Below the pieces are notes generated by a model that made no database searches, had not been told where the DNA came from, and was given only the letters and a program-made list of their open reading frames with translations. The position numbers were made by a program, and so were the translations under genes. 64,000 nt of DNA from an uncultured Rivularia sp. (GTDB lineage: Bacteria > Cyanobacteriota > Cyanobacteriia > Cyanobacteriales > Nostocaceae): positions 8,000,001 to 8,064,000 of the forward strand of contig OY762007.1 of assembly GCA_963665115.1 (NCBI GenBank). The letters run 5' to 3'. Positions 42,199 to 55,645 of this stretch are shown piece by piece; within the stretch, counting starts at the first letter, position 1, and every line of letters begins with the position of its first letter.

Positions 42199-44559
42199 TT
42201 ATTCCATTTTCTGCAATTGAGCAACTCTAGGATCGATGATTTTTTGACCTAAACCGGGGAATCTGATGGCTACGGAAACTTTATTCCCTCCACCAAAAAT
42301 ATGCGTGATTTCACCGGCTCCGAATGATTTATGCATTACTCTATCGCCCACTTGCCAATTTACGTTTGAAGTTGCTCTGCCACTACTTGCATTCTCAAAA
42401 CCATTATCGTAAGTTGCCGAAGTACGACCGCCAGTATTTGTATAAGTAATGCTACGAGGTCGTTGTGTCGCTAATAATTCTCTAGGTAACTCATCGAGAA
42501 ACTGCGATCGCACTGCTGGTTCGCGGGTTCCATACAGCCTGCGCTCTCGTGCGTGGGATATGAATAGTCTTTCTTGAGCGCGGGTAATACCGACGTAACA
42601 TAAACGACGTTCTTCTTCTAATGCGGCTGGGTCGTTCATGGAACGGTAGTTGGGAAATAGTCCTTGTTCTAACCCCACCAAGAAAACTACAGGAAATTCC
42701 AATCCTTTGGAAGAATGCAAAGTCATCAAAGATACCGCGCTTTGTCCTTCTTTGACGTTATCTAAATCGGAACTTAGAGCAGTGCTAGCAAGAAATCCTG
42801 CTAAAGAAGCGTCTTGTTCGGCTTCTTCTTCATACTGACGGACTGCGTTGTAAAGTTCTCCAACGTTGCGGATTCTATCTTCTGCTTCGTCGTTGCCTTG
42901 TTTTTGCAAGTCTTGGACGTAACCGGATTCATCTAAAACACTCTGTAAAATATCCGATGCACTGATATTTTCAATTTCTTGCTGAAACCGGCCAATCATC
43001 CGAGCAAAGTTATTTACCGATTTCGCCGAACGTCCACCCAAGGTATTAACTGATGTCTCATCGCTGAGTATTTCCCACAAACTTACGCCTAATTCCCTAG
43101 CGGCATTTGTGAGGCTTTCGATGGTGGCTTTACCAATACCGCGCCTGGGTGTATTAATTACCCGCAATAAACTTACAGTGTCATCGGGGTTGGCGATCGC
43201 CCTCAAGTAACCCAGTGCATCTTTAATTTCTTTGCGGTCATAAAATTTCAATCCCCCGACTACAGTATAGGGAATTCCGTTGCGTACCAACATATCCTCA
43301 AAGGGACGAGATTGAGCGTTAGTGCGATAAAGAATAGAAAAACTTCCCCAATTTATATCAGGATTTTCTTCTTCTAAAGAACGAATTTTATTAATGACAA
43401 AGTTAGCTTCTGCTACTTCATCTTCTGCTTTAAAATAAAATATCTGTTCGCCTTCACCCCTTGTCGGTTTGAGAACTTTATCAATCCGCTGGGTGTTGTT
43501 TTCAATTAAATGGTTGGCGGCTTGAAGAATATTTTCGCAGGAACGATAGTTTTCTTCTAACTTAACCATAGAACGAGTATCGTCATCTTCTAAACCATCA
43601 CCAAAATCTTGCTGAAAGTCCAGCAAAATAGTGAAGTCAGCCATTCTAAAAGAATAAATTGATTGATCTGCATCCCCTACCACAAATACAGAACGATTTT
43701 GCCAATTCCACTGACTTTTCTGTTCTCCATAAGTCGATAGCAGGCTAATCAATTGGTATTGAGTGCGGTTTGTATCTTGATATTCATCTACTAAGATATG
43801 ACGAAATTTATGATGCCAGTAACCTAAAACCTGCTCGTTTTGCTGAAATAACCTTACCGGAACCAAAATTAAATCGTCAAAATCTAGAGCATTATTTTCT
43901 GCTAACTTATCTTGATAGAGATTATAAACTTCTGCGATTACCCTTCCTTTATAATTTGGTTCTTCCTTCTCATATTCTTTCGGCGATAAACCCTGATTTT
44001 TAGCATTGCTGATTGTGTAGCGAACCGAACGGGGATTAAATTTTTTATCGCTGAGATTTAACTGCTTGGTAACAATTTCCTTGACCAAACTTTGAGCGTC
44101 AGATTCATCAAAAATAGAAAAATTACGCTTCCAGGTGCGCCCATTTTCATCCTGATATTTCTCAATATCAAACCGAAGAATCCGAGAAAGTAAACTATGA
44201 AAAGTTCCGCACCACAAATCTTTAATAACAGTCTTATAAACCTTCGATCTTAGCTTTACCTGGTCGTATTCTGGTAATAAATCGTAACGTTCGCCGTACT
44301 CCGAAAGTGCTAATTGCTCGGCAAATAGTTTTTGAATACGCTCCTTCATCTCTCGTGCGGCTTTATTGGTAAATGTTACCGCTAAGATATTTTCAGGATT
44401 TACTTTATTTTCGGTAATTAGATTCGCAATCCGATAAGTCAACGCTCGTGTTTTTCCCGAACCCGCGCCAGCAACAACTAGCAAAGGACCGCAAAAATGT
44501 TCGACAGCGCGACGTTGATGGGGATTGAGGTGACTTAGAGAGTCGGTAGTAGTTGTCAT
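42199..44559 (-). CDS. pcrA: ATP-dependent DNA helicase PcrA/UvrD
   Basis: AGAGSGKT, LVDEYQDTN, VGDADQSIY, LEENYRS, TLHSSKGLEF, EERRLCYVGITRA. Confidence 0.96.
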   Translation of the reverse strand: MTTTTDSLSHLNPHQRRAVEHFCGPLLVVAGAGSGKTRALTYRIANLITENKVNPENILAVTFTNKAAREMKERIQKLFAEQLALSEYGERYDLLPEYDQVKLRSKVYKTVIKDLWCGTFHSLLSRILRFDIEKYQDENGRTWKRNFSIFDESDAQSLVKEIVTKQLNLSDKKFNPRSVRYTISNAKNQGLSPKEYEKEEPNYKGRVIAEVYNLYQDKLAENNALDFDDLILVPVRLFQQNEQVLGYWHHKFRHILVDEYQDTNRTQYQLISLLSTYGEQKSQWNWQNRSVFVVGDADQSIYSFRMADFTILLDFQQDFGDGLEDDDTRSMVKLEENYRSCENILQAANHLIENNTQRIDKVLKPTRGEGEQIFYFKAEDEVAEANFVINKIRSLEEENPDINWGSFSILYRTNAQSRPFEDMLVRNGIPYTVVGGLKFYDRKEIKDALGYLRAIANPDDTVSLLRVINTPRRGIGKATIESLTNAARELGVSLWEILSDETSVNTLGGRSAKSVNNFARMIGRFQQEIENISASDILQSVLDESGYVQDLQKQGNDEAEDRIRNVGELYNAVRQYEEEAEQDASLAGFLASTALSSDLDNVKEGQSAVSLMTLHSSKGLEFPVVFLVGLEQGLFPNYRSMNDPAALEEERRLCYVGITRAQERLFISHARERRLYGTREPAVRSQFLDELPRELLATQRPRSITYTNTGGRTSATYDNGFENASSGRATSNVNWQVGDRVMHKSFGAGEITHIFGGGNKVSVAIRFPGLGQKIIDPRVAQLQKME

Positions 44560-45030
44560 GGAGTTTGGGTAAGCAGGAAAAATTACAAGTCGTAGCAATG
44601 CAGCAATGTGCTTTTGTAGTTACATTAATACAACTGTCTTATATTGCTAACTTTATAATCTTACCGAAATTTAGCCGATCAAAATTAAGATTATTTGCTA
44701 ATTTGCTTTGTTGTGGGTAAGTAAGCTGTAGAGAGATATCGCACTTAGCTTTAAGCTATGATGCATGTCGCGTAAGAGTTGATGCCGTTTTTTGCTAAAA
44801 CTTGCTTTCTAAACAGTATTATTTTTATAAAAAAATTATCATAAAAACAACAGCAACTAGAAAATACAAATTACTGCCATTTTTACTTTCCATTTGCTGT
44901 TTTTAAGATTTAAAATAATTCAATTCTGCTCCTATTTGGAAACAAACTATTATTTCCCTACTTACTCCATACATACCATCAGCTTTAAGCAATCTTATAT
45001 TGGGAAAGAAGTAAAATTCTATAAAATAAT

Positions 45031-45225
45031 TTACGAATTACGATTAACAGCAGCCAAAATACCTGCGCCGATAGCTAACAGCACTAAAGCCCAAATTGCC
45101 TCTTGAGGAAATTGTAATACTCCAAAGGCTTGTAATAAGAGAATTATAGCTAGAACTACTAATAAAGAACCAGCAACATATAAAAAAGTGGTAATGGCAA
45201 GATTAGGACGACGACTCACAAGCAA
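45031..45225 (-). CDS. Small two-TM membrane protein
   Basis: Two hydrophobic helices; GAGGAG upstream. Confidence 0.65.
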   Translation of the reverse strand: MLVSRRPNLAITTFLYVAGSLLVVLAIILLLQAFGVLQFPQEAIWALVLLAIGAGILAAVNRNS

Positions 45226-45334
45226 AACTCCTCACTATTTACAGCAAATTGTAGTTTATATTGTGGCATAATTTTCAGTTTTAGCATTAATTCAACTATG
45301 CCCTCATGTTAATTGGGATTCTATAAGACTTGAA

Positions 45335-46114
45335 TCAATCAAAAAGCTTACTCACAATCATTTTGAAAATATCATTAAATTTCTTCTTAGCTGCTTCAAA
45401 CTCAATTACTTCGTAACTGGGAGACTCTAATTTATCTAACTGATTTTCCCGTAAATAAACGTGATAGCGGACTTCAATCTGAAGACTTTCTACATTAGGC
45501 ATCTCACCGTAATGTCTTGTAATATATCCTCCAGTAAAAGTTTTATTTCTCACAACTTGTAAACCTTGACTGGCAAAGCATTTATCGACAGTAGAAATTA
45601 ACAGATCGGAGCAAGTTTGATTATTTACGTTTCCCAAACAAACATCGTCGTTTATTAATCCGCAGAAACTATGTAAATCTAAAAGATAAACGAGGCCAAA
45701 CTCTTCGATTTTTTCCTGAAGAACCGATTTTAATTGATGGTGGTAGGGAAGATAGTATTTTTCAACTCTTGCTTCTATCTGTTCTTGACTGGGTTTATTT
45801 TGATAGATCGGTTTATTAAAAGCTGTATTTTCTGGAATAACTGAAGACCAAAAAGAGCCAAAAAATGGTTCTTTAGCTTGACGATTTAAATCAACAACAT
45901 ATCTATTATGAGTAGCTTGTAAAACCGTAATTCCTAAATTGGGAAGAAAGTCATAAAGTTTATCAAGATGCCAATCACTATTAGGTAGAGATTTTAAATG
46001 TTCGGTTGTAAATTGAGCAGCGATATCTTCAGGTACAAATAAGCCACTATGAGGAATATTCGCGATTATAGGTAATGGTTTATCCGTAGGTCGATAAATG
46101 TTAAATAATTGCAT
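45335..46114 (-). CDS. N-formylglutamate amidohydrolase family protein
   Basis: IPHSG, DWHLDKLY, RYVVDLNR, YYLPYH, LLDLHS, GGYITRHYG, LQIEV. Confidence 0.9.
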   Translation of the reverse strand: MQLFNIYRPTDKPLPIIANIPHSGLFVPEDIAAQFTTEHLKSLPNSDWHLDKLYDFLPNLGITVLQATHNRYVVDLNRQAKEPFFGSFWSSVIPENTAFNKPIYQNKPSQEQIEARVEKYYLPYHHQLKSVLQEKIEEFGLVYLLDLHSFCGLINDDVCLGNVNNQTCSDLLISTVDKCFASQGLQVVRNKTFTGGYITRHYGEMPNVESLQIEVRYHVYLRENQLDKLESPSYEVIEFEAAKKKFNDIFKMIVSKLFD

Positions 46115-46319
46115 TGATTGAACAGTTAACAGTTAACAATGAGAAATTCATAGGGAAGAATAATCAAATAGTAAGTAAAAACTATATTTCACTTAGGTGA
46201 AAGCAGATATTACAGTGCGCTATGCTCCGCAACAACACAACGACAATATTGGGGGGAGGAGAATCCACATTCCAATTTGCCTCATTATTATTTACTGTTT
46301 ACTGTTTACTGTTAACTGA

Positions 46320-48038
46320 TTACTGTTCGCTGATTACTGGTAATAAAACGGTGAAAGTAGAACCTACTTCAAATTCACTTTGTACGTCAATATCACCACC
46401 CATCATTTGGCAAAAATGACGAGTAATAGCCAATCCTAATCCAGTTCCACCATACTTTTTAGTAGTTGAAGCATCACCTTGTGTAAATGGTTTGAATAGC
46501 TGCTGTAATTGATATTCGGTCATTCCTATGCCGGTATCTTTGACAACAAAGGTAATTGTTTCACCTGCTATGCTCGCTACAGCTTCTTTTTGCCGTCTAA
46601 TTTTCAGCGTTATTTTACCATTTCTGGTAAATTTCGAGGCATTGCTTAATAAGTTCAACAGCACCTGTCGTACCCTTGTTTGATCTTGATACATGGTGCC
46701 TAGTTCTCCATCGTAATCAATTTCTAACGAACTACCATTTTTTTCTATGGTTGGCTTGATGGTGGAAACAAGATTTTTTATCAATGGCAGCACTTCAAAG
46801 GTTTCCGGGTAAAGAGTCATTTTCCCGGCTTCAATTTTTGATAAGTCGAGGATGTCGTTAATCAGTTCTAATAAATGTCTACCTGATGTATTAATTATTT
46901 CTAGATCGGAGGTAAAATCTTCTTCTATACCTAAATCCGTAGCGTCTTCTTGTAAAAGTTGGCTTAAGCCGATTATGGCGTTTAGAGGCGTGCGTAATTC
47001 ATGGCTGACGTTTGCTAAGAATTGACTTTTTGCTTTGCTGGCTTCTTCTGCTAATTCTTTAGCCTGCTCTAATTGTTTAGTCCTTTTTGATACTCTTTCT
47101 ATTAAGTGGTTGAGTGATTTGGCTAATAAACCTATTTCATCTTCGGTAGTAACTGGAGCGCGTAAATCGAAATTTGATTTGCGAGCGACTTGTTCGGCTA
47201 CTTGAGTTACAACTATTACTGGTTCTGCTATAGCGCGGGAAGTTCGCCAAGCCACCACAACTGCGATCGCAACTGAAAGCAGCATACTGGCAATAACGAT
47301 TGTTCTTTCAATTCCTTTGGAAAATTCTAAGTCTTTGGCTCTACGAGTTTCTTGGCTTTTAGCATTTTGAAGAATGCTATTTAACCTTCTACCTAGCTGC
47401 TCTAAACTAATAGCTGTTTGAGAACGGGTAAGTTGGAGTAATTCTTGCTGTGTATCAGAAAGTTCCTGTGGCTGGGATTTACCTTCTGCTTGCTGCAAGA
47501 TTGAATCTAGCTTTCGCGTGTAAGACTCTAAGCTATCTTGGTACTCTCGTAGTAACACCTGAATAACTGGTTCTGCTGCCGCTAGTCTTCCAGGTTTTTC
47601 GCTAAGAAATTTTACAATTTTAGCTTCGACATCTTCGACTTTACGGATGCTTTCATCAAATCCAGATTTTTCGGCAGCAAGCTTTTGGGGTAGTTTTGCC
47701 ACTGTAGCCAAACTATAGCTGTGCAATTGTACTTCTACTAAAGCATCCTTGTAATCTGCCAACATTTGCGTTTGAAATTGGGCGTGTTCAAACTGTCTGA
47801 TTTCTCTTGCGCGGTAGTAGTTGGCAATTACCAATCCCACCAGCGAACCCAAAAAACCAATGCCAATCGCCACAAAATATCCGTAACCAATTTTTTGATG
47901 AATACGTTTAGAACTAGCTTTAAGTTTCCCACTGGAAGGAAATTCTAAGGTAGGCAGTTCATCATTTAAGGGCACATCTTCTGACACATCTTTTCTTTGT
48001 GAACTGCTGTATAAAGCGGTTGGCTTTTGAGTTTGCAT
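46320..48038 (-). CDS. Membrane HAMP-domain histidine kinase
   Basis: Two TM helices, HAMP ([11 protein letters not shown]), [29 protein letters not shown]. Confidence 0.92.
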   Translation of the reverse strand: MQTQKPTALYSSSQRKDVSEDVPLNDELPTLEFPSSGKLKASSKRIHQKIGYGYFVAIGIGFLGSLVGLVIANYYRAREIRQFEHAQFQTQMLADYKDALVEVQLHSYSLATVAKLPQKLAAEKSGFDESIRKVEDVEAKIVKFLSEKPGRLAAAEPVIQVLLREYQDSLESYTRKLDSILQQAEGKSQPQELSDTQQELLQLTRSQTAISLEQLGRRLNSILQNAKSQETRRAKDLEFSKGIERTIVIASMLLSVAIAVVVAWRTSRAIAEPVIVVTQVAEQVARKSNFDLRAPVTTEDEIGLLAKSLNHLIERVSKRTKQLEQAKELAEEASKAKSQFLANVSHELRTPLNAIIGLSQLLQEDATDLGIEEDFTSDLEIINTSGRHLLELINDILDLSKIEAGKMTLYPETFEVLPLIKNLVSTIKPTIEKNGSSLEIDYDGELGTMYQDQTRVRQVLLNLLSNASKFTRNGKITLKIRRQKEAVASIAGETITFVVKDTGIGMTEYQLQQLFKPFTQGDASTTKKYGGTGLGLAITRHFCQMMGGDIDVQSEFEVGSTFTVLLPVISEQ

Positions 48039-48351
48039 CTCTCAAATCTCCTTACCCGAGAGAACTCTTATAAGGCTTTGTCTATGTGTTCTAAGTGTAA
48101 AACACTAAGAACGAGAATTTTGCCCCATTTTCTATAGATAAGTTTTTATCTCTCGCCATAATTTATACATAATTATTTAAAATTTAAAGCGGTGAAATAA
48201 GATCGAAATAGTAGTCAATAAGAATCATCTTCTTTTATAACAGTTATAAAAGCCCAATTACTAGGTACTTTGCACGAGGTTTACGATATCCTAGTTATTT
48301 TGCAGTAAAAATTTAACAAATTTTAATGGAAATAGGTTGATAAATTAAATA

Positions 48352-48387
48352 AGTGAGGAGTAGTAAACTTTAAATTTACTCCTCACT
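48352..48387 (-). terminator. Hairpin downstream of metK
   Basis: AGTGAGGAGTA...TACTCCTCACT inverted repeat. Confidence 0.55.
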
Positions 48388-48445
48388 CACTGTTTTCTTA
48401 CTACTAGACAGCTACCCGTCCACTAAAAACGGGGCTACCTACTTT

Positions 48446-49736
48446 TTATGAAAGGCTTAAAGCTTTAGTAGAGTTTGGAACTGCTACTCCATTTAAGTTG
48501 CTTGTTTCTTTCTTCAGCAATTGAGCTTTATCGGTACGCTCCCACGGTAAGTCTAAATCGGTACGTCCGAAATGACCGTAAGCCGCGACGTCCTGATAAA
48601 AACGTCCGCCTCGTTCATTTGACAATTTGTGTAAGTTGAAGGCATGAATAATACCGGCAGGACGTAGTTCAAAATGCTTTTCAACTAATTCCAACAAAGT
48701 TTGCTCTTCAACTTTACCCGTACCGAAGGTTTCTATCATTATGCTTACTGGTCGCGCAACACCAATGGCATAACTCAGTTGAACTTCACATTTTTCTGCT
48801 AAACCAGCAGCAACGATGTTTTTAGCCACATAACGACAAGCATAAGCTGCGCTACGGTCTACTTTTGTGGGGGTCCTTGCCAGAAAAAGCTCCGCCACCA
48901 TGTCGGGAATAACCACCATAGGTATCGACAATAATTTTGCGTCCGGTAAGACCTGAGTCTCCTTGAGGTCCACCAATTACAAATTTGCCGGTGGGGTTAA
49001 CCAAAAAGCGAGTGTTCTCGTCTGGCTTGATTTCAATGTCGCCGAATACAGGTTCAACTACCGCAGACCACAAATCTTGCTTAATTTTTTCCCTTACTGC
49101 GGCTTCATCGCTAATATCGCCGATGTTGGGCGCGTGCTGGGTGGAAACTAAGATGGTGTCAATACCCACGGGTTTGCCATCTTCGTAGGCAATACTTACC
49201 TGAGTTTTGCCGTCGGGACGTAAATAAGCTAATTCACCTGTCTTGCGAACTGCTGCTAATCTGCGAGCAATGCGATGAGCTAAGCTGATGGGCAAGGGCA
49301 TTAGTTCGGGAGTTTCGTCACAAGCGAAACCGAACATGATACCTTGATCGCCAGCACCAATCTTATCGAATTGTTCTTCGCTGGATTCTTCACGGTTTTC
49401 CTGAGCGGTGTTAACGCCTTGAGCGATATCCGCTGATTGTTCGTCTAAAGCTACTAAAATCGAACAGCTGTTGGCACAAAAACCATTTACAGCGTCGGTG
49501 TAACCAATCTCAGCTATTTTCTTTCTAGCGAGATTCATGTAGTTAACATTTGCTTTACTAGTTATTTCACCAGTAATTAGTACCAAGCCTGTATTGACCA
49601 CAACTTCTGCTGCAACGCGGCTTTTGGGGTCTTGTTCGAGTAAAGCATCCAGAATAGTATCTGAAATTTGGTCGCAGATTTTATCTGGATGACCCTCGGT
49701 TACAGACTCGGAGGTAAATAGATAGCGACGAGTCAA
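48446..49736 (-). CDS. metK: S-adenosylmethionine synthetase; apparent +1 frameshift in the G5 run 48869-48873
   Basis: [36 protein letters not shown] then TKVDRSAAY in the other frame; TTG start with AGGAGG. Confidence 0.95.
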
Positions 49737-50411
49737 ATTCAATTCCTCCTAAAAGAGTATTTAGACTTAATTAATGCGAGCATTTTATTAAGTCACTTCA
49801 ATCGAGCGATAATCATAATTTTAAATCTTATGGTCAAATATTGCATTGACAATAAAATTTATTTTTAAGGATTAATCCTTAATGGGAGAACTACGCCCCC
49901 TACATCCCCTCAATACAAAAGCATTTGGGAATACTTTTGCAGATTGGTAATGCTGAACCTGTAAATCTTTTTTTGATTTGCTTGTTAATTTGAGGAAAGT
50001 TCGCGTCAAAGCCTATTAGTTTAAGTACCTAAGCACTTGTGCGCGGCTGACTTTCATTTGTTCAAGACTAACTAATAGCCTGACAGGTTCCTTTAACAAA
50101 TATAGAGCATATTTGACAACAAATAACTATGATTTTAATTAAATTAAACTATATCAATATTTGGGAAATCAATAATGAGTTAATGATTATTTTTTTTCAA
50201 ATCAATAGTTATCGAAATTACTTGAAAAGAAATAGTTTTTCTGTTACTTAGCTGATTTTTTAGGGATATTCGGTTTTTGAATTTTTTATTTAACTTAATT
50301 TAATTTATCTTAGCCTGTATTATTTTCATTAAAAAAGGGACATCATGTGGATGCCCCAATCAAAAAAATAAAGCTTGTCAACAAATTTGATCGGCCTTTT
50401 AAATCCAGTTT

Positions 50412-51416
50412 TTAAACCTCAATAGCCATTTTCGCTTCTGTCTGTGTCAAGCGTTCGTAAGCAGCACGCATCTTCAAACCAGTTAAGACTTGGAATAAAC
50501 CCGTTCCATTATTAGAACCTGGATATTCGCGGTGCTGAAGTAACAAATGAGTCATCTCTCCCTGATACTTAGTAGATGTTTTACTCAAATGTGTCTCAAT
50601 ATAAATGACTTCATCGAGGTTATCAAATTGACCGTCAACCTCTAATACGGAGACATAGCGACCGTAGTATACATCGGAACCGTAGTACATCTGCATACCA
50701 GGGTAAGAACAAGTCAGCTTACGTCCGCAAGGAGTCCACTGAATTGTTGAACCTTCGTCAAACAAGTAAACGGGTTCAAAACCTTCTTTATCTTCCCGTT
50801 GCAGCATACGTACCCGCAGTACTTTACGCTCTTTGTCATCTTTAATCAGGTTGGTTGGTAACACCTGAAGAACCACATCAGCAAACTCTCTTTGTGGTTC
50901 AATATAGTTTTGGAAATCAGGTTTACGTGAATTGATTGCAGCCAAAACATCTTCGTAATCGTGACCTCTTTCTTCCATATCGCGCTGGATTTTCCAGGCA
51001 ATCTTAACTTCATCGCCAATGTCTAAATAAACGCTGAAATCAATTAAAGAACGCACTCGTTCGTCATATAAAGGATGCAAGCCTTCGATCACAATAATAT
51101 GATTTGGCTGTATCCTCTCAGGGGGATCTAATTCGCCGGTTTCATGGTTGTAAATAGGTTTATCAATGGCTTGACCTTCTTTTAGAGCTTTCATTTGCTC
51201 GTACATCAAGTCAAAATTATTTGCTTTTGGATTTAAGGCCGTAATACCTGTTTGTTTACGCTGCTTGCGATCCAAACTATGATAATCATCTAAACAGATG
51301 ACTGTCATAAATTCTTCACCGAACAAATCAATTAAACGACGCAAAAACGTAGATTTACCGCATCCGGAGTCTCCAGCAACTCCAATCATTACAATGCGAT
51401 CCGGCATATTTGTCAT
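50412..51416 (-). CDS. prk: Phosphoribulokinase
   Basis: GVAGDSGCGKST, CLDDYHSLDR, TPCGRKLTCSYPG, YPGSNNGTG. Confidence 0.97.
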   Translation of the reverse strand: MTNMPDRIVMIGVAGDSGCGKSTFLRRLIDLFGEEFMTVICLDDYHSLDRKQRKQTGITALNPKANNFDLMYEQMKALKEGQAIDKPIYNHETGELDPPERIQPNHIIVIEGLHPLYDERVRSLIDFSVYLDIGDEVKIAWKIQRDMEERGHDYEDVLAAINSRKPDFQNYIEPQREFADVVLQVLPTNLIKDDKERKVLRVRMLQREDKEGFEPVYLFDEGSTIQWTPCGRKLTCSYPGMQMYYGSDVYYGRYVSVLEVDGQFDNLDEVIYIETHLSKTSTKYQGEMTHLLLQHREYPGSNNGTGLFQVLTGLKMRAAYERLTQTEAKMAIEV

Positions 51417-52212
51417 AAATCCCCTCTAATTAGTTTCTAAAGATGACTGAATGAATATTTTTTTTACACAGATTTATTACAAGTCAGGAGTCCCCATTAC
51501 GGTTGCCCTGCGTTCTTGCTACACAACATCAATATACGACAAAAACGGGTAAGTAATGATTTTATTACTTGATCCCTGTCTTGTTAATCGCTATCTGTTG
51601 CTGTAAGTATTTAATCCTAGCTATATTTCGGATTGTAACAGAATCGACGTATTATATACAAGCTTTACAACTTCACAATAGCTATTACCAGCCGCTGCTC
51701 AAATTACGAATATTCATTTAATAATCAAAAAAATTATTCTATTGATGGATATAAAATCTATCATTTCTATCTACGGGTTGATTGTGCCAATTTTTCTATA
51801 ATAGATAACTGTATCATATTTTGATTACTTATACTTGCTAACTATGCCATAGTTATTAATATAGATATCGCAACGAAATTATAAAAGTTTTTCACCATAC
51901 ATACGATACTTAATGAGGGTAATTCGTCGGAATACCTGGGAACTAAGAATTACCTTCCATCTATGGATGGATGGGAAGTGTCAAAAAACATACTCTGAGA
52001 GCGATTGGTGCCAGAAATAGAAAAATACCTGTATTTTTGGTTTCTGAAAGTTCCCTTTAAGCTCCGTCAACAATAATATTTGTGAATGTTGACAGATGCT
52101 TCACATCACGTAAAACTGATTATAGTTGTTTATATAACTTTTAGTTGTCGATAAAACGCGATCGCATTTTAGTATTGCTACGGTGAAAGCCAAAGCAGAA
52201 AAAATTGTAGTT

Positions 52213-52226
52213 GTAAGCGTTCTTAC
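52213..52226. promoter_or_regulatory. Candidate NtcA box GTA-N8-TAC upstream of petH
   Basis: GTAAGCGTTCTTAC matches the consensus; no clear -10 box at canonical spacing. Confidence 0.35.
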
Positions 52227-52678
52227 TCAATTTAGATTAAGACCGATTTCGTCATTTGGAAGTATTAAGATCTGCGAATAACATAATTTAGATCGGTGGA
52301 AGAAGTCTCGCTCGGAAGCAGTATAATATTATATCTGTTAATTATTATCAATATAGTTGACATATATTGGCAGTTATAGTTTACCAGCAACTCGGTAAAT
52401 GCAAGCTACCTGACCTTCGCGGAAGGTAGAAATTGTCAAAGAAAAAATTAAATTGATTCATTATTAACATTCTGCGAGCAACTTATCAATTACTTTAGAA
52501 GGTGAACAGGTGTGTCTTTAACTAACCCTGCCCCAGAAGTAGGCGAGTGTAAGCAGTAAAACTAATGGCTATATTTGCGGCCATTTCCCTTGTGGCAGTC
52601 GAGCTTGGTATACCGAAAATCGGATTTACGAGGTGGAACTGTATCAAAGGGAAAGATTTTTTGGAAAGGGTTAAGTAA

Positions 52679-53957
<1,279 letters not shown>

Positions 53958-54023
53958 AAAAAGTTGTTAGTCGAAAAGTTAATTTAGTTTACTTTTGACT
54001 GCTGACTTTTGACACAAAACATT

Positions 54024-54048
54024 TAGGTAGGGTATATTGCCCTACCTA
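54024..54048 (+). terminator. Hairpin downstream of petH
   Basis: TAGGTAGGG...CCCTACCTA. Confidence 0.5.
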
Positions 54049-54096
54049 TATTATTTAGTGGAGTTAGGTGATTCAAATTAGGAGGGTGCTATAATC

Positions 54097-55419
54097 GTGG
54101 CTTTTAAACTGGGAATCCTGGGATTAGGTACCGTCGGATGCGGTACGGTGCAGTTATTATCAGATAGTGATGGTCGCCATCCTTTATTAGAAGAGATTGA
54201 AATATATCGCGTGGGAGTGCGATCGCCTGATAAGCCACGTGGAGTAGAATTGCCCAAAGAAGTTATCACAACAGATTTAGAGGCAATTGTCACCGACCCA
54301 GAGATAGATATTGTTGTAGAAGTTATGGGTGGATTAGAGCCAGCCAGAGAGTTGATGCTCAAAGCCATTCGTAACGGTAAGCACGTAGTGACTGCGAATA
54401 AAGCCGCAATCTCTCGCTTCGGAGAAGAACTATATACAGCCGCCAATCAAGCGGGAGTGTATGTAATGGTTGAAGCATCCGTAGGTGGTGGAATTCCGGT
54501 AATTCAGCCGTTAAAACAATCTTTGAGCGTTAATCGGATTCAAGCCGTAACCGGGATTATTAACGGCACTACTAACTACATCTTGACCCGGATGCAGAAC
54601 GAAGGCAGTAGTTTCGATGATGTATTAGCCGATGCACAGCAATTAGGTTATGCAGAAGCAGACCCCACAGCCGATGTAGAAGGTTTAGATGCTGGTGATA
54701 AGATAGCGATTTTAGCATCTATAGCTTTTGATGGAGGCATTAATAGAGAAGATGTGTATTGCGAAGGAATTCGGCAGATTAGCAAAACCGATATTGAGTA
54801 CGCTCAAAAACTGGGATTTGTAATTAAGCTGTTGGCGATCGCCGAAAAAATTGATCGTTCCTCGCTTTCGGTGAGAGTTCATCCCACTTTAGTACCATCG
54901 TCACACCCTTTAGCAAGTGTCAACGGTGTAAATAACGCCATTTTTGTAGAAGGTGAACCCCTCGGACAGGTCATGTTTTTCGGTCCCGGCGCGGGTGCGG
55001 GTGCTACAGCTTCCGCCGTGTCATCAGATATTTTAAATCTTGTATCTCAACTTATAAGTTTACCTGAATCGAGCAAGCAGAATTCAAAATATAAAATTTC
55101 CAATTTAGACCCATTATTGGCCAGTTTTCATCAAGAAAATTGTCAATTAGCTCGCAGAGAAGAACTTGTCACAAGATTTTATGCGCGTTTCCTAACAAAA
55201 GATCAACCAGGAGTAATCGGGAAACTAGGTACTTGCTTCGGAAAATGTGGAGTCAGTTTAGAATCAGTCGTTCAAACAGGTTTTCAAGAAAAGCTAGCAG
55301 AAATAGTAGTTGTTACCCACGACGTTACCGAAGGCAGTTTCCACAAAGCCTTAGACGAAATTCGCAACTTAGAAGCGATTGATAGCATTCCTAGCTTATT
55401 GCGAGTACTTAAAGAGTAG
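54097..55419 (+). CDS. hom: Homoserine dehydrogenase with ACT domain
   Basis: GLGTVG, VTANKA, EASVGGGIP, NGTTNYIL, AEADPTADVEG, DQPGVIG. Confidence 0.95.
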   Translation: MAFKLGILGLGTVGCGTVQLLSDSDGRHPLLEEIEIYRVGVRSPDKPRGVELPKEVITTDLEAIVTDPEIDIVVEVMGGLEPARELMLKAIRNGKHVVTANKAAISRFGEELYTAANQAGVYVMVEASVGGGIPVIQPLKQSLSVNRIQAVTGIINGTTNYILTRMQNEGSSFDDVLADAQQLGYAEADPTADVEGLDAGDKIAILASIAFDGGINREDVYCEGIRQISKTDIEYAQKLGFVIKLLAIAEKIDRSSLSVRVHPTLVPSSHPLASVNGVNNAIFVEGEPLGQVMFFGPGAGAGATASAVSSDILNLVSQLISLPESSKQNSKYKISNLDPLLASFHQENCQLARREELVTRFYARFLTKDQPGVIGKLGTCFGKCGVSLESVVQTGFQEKLAEIVVVTHDVTEGSFHKALDEIRNLEAIDSIPSLLRVLKE

Positions 55420-55542
55420 GGAGTTAGGAGTAGGGAGTAGGGAGTTAGGAGTAGGGAGTAGGGAGTAGGGAGTGGGGAAATAAAATTCTACCCCCTCTAC
55501 CCCCTCTACCCCCTCTTCCCCAATTCCCAATTCCCAATTCCA
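55417..55542. repeat. STRR tracts (GGGAGTA/GGAGTTA, CCCCCTCTA, CCCAATT)
   Basis: Visible tandem units starting at the hom stop codon. Confidence 0.8.
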
Positions 55543-55645
55543 ATGTCGAATTAACAATAAATCTTGAAAAAAGTACTGTAAGGGGATAGTCTATGGCTTA
55601 ATTCTGTTAGATGCTAATTCTAATACCAACAACATAATTATCACC

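Noticed and set aside
48446..49742. metK (and petH, dnaJ, debranching enzyme) as true pseudogenes or programmed frameshifts
   Set aside because: Single-base insertions in short G/C runs with otherwise intact sequence; assembly error is the simpler explanation
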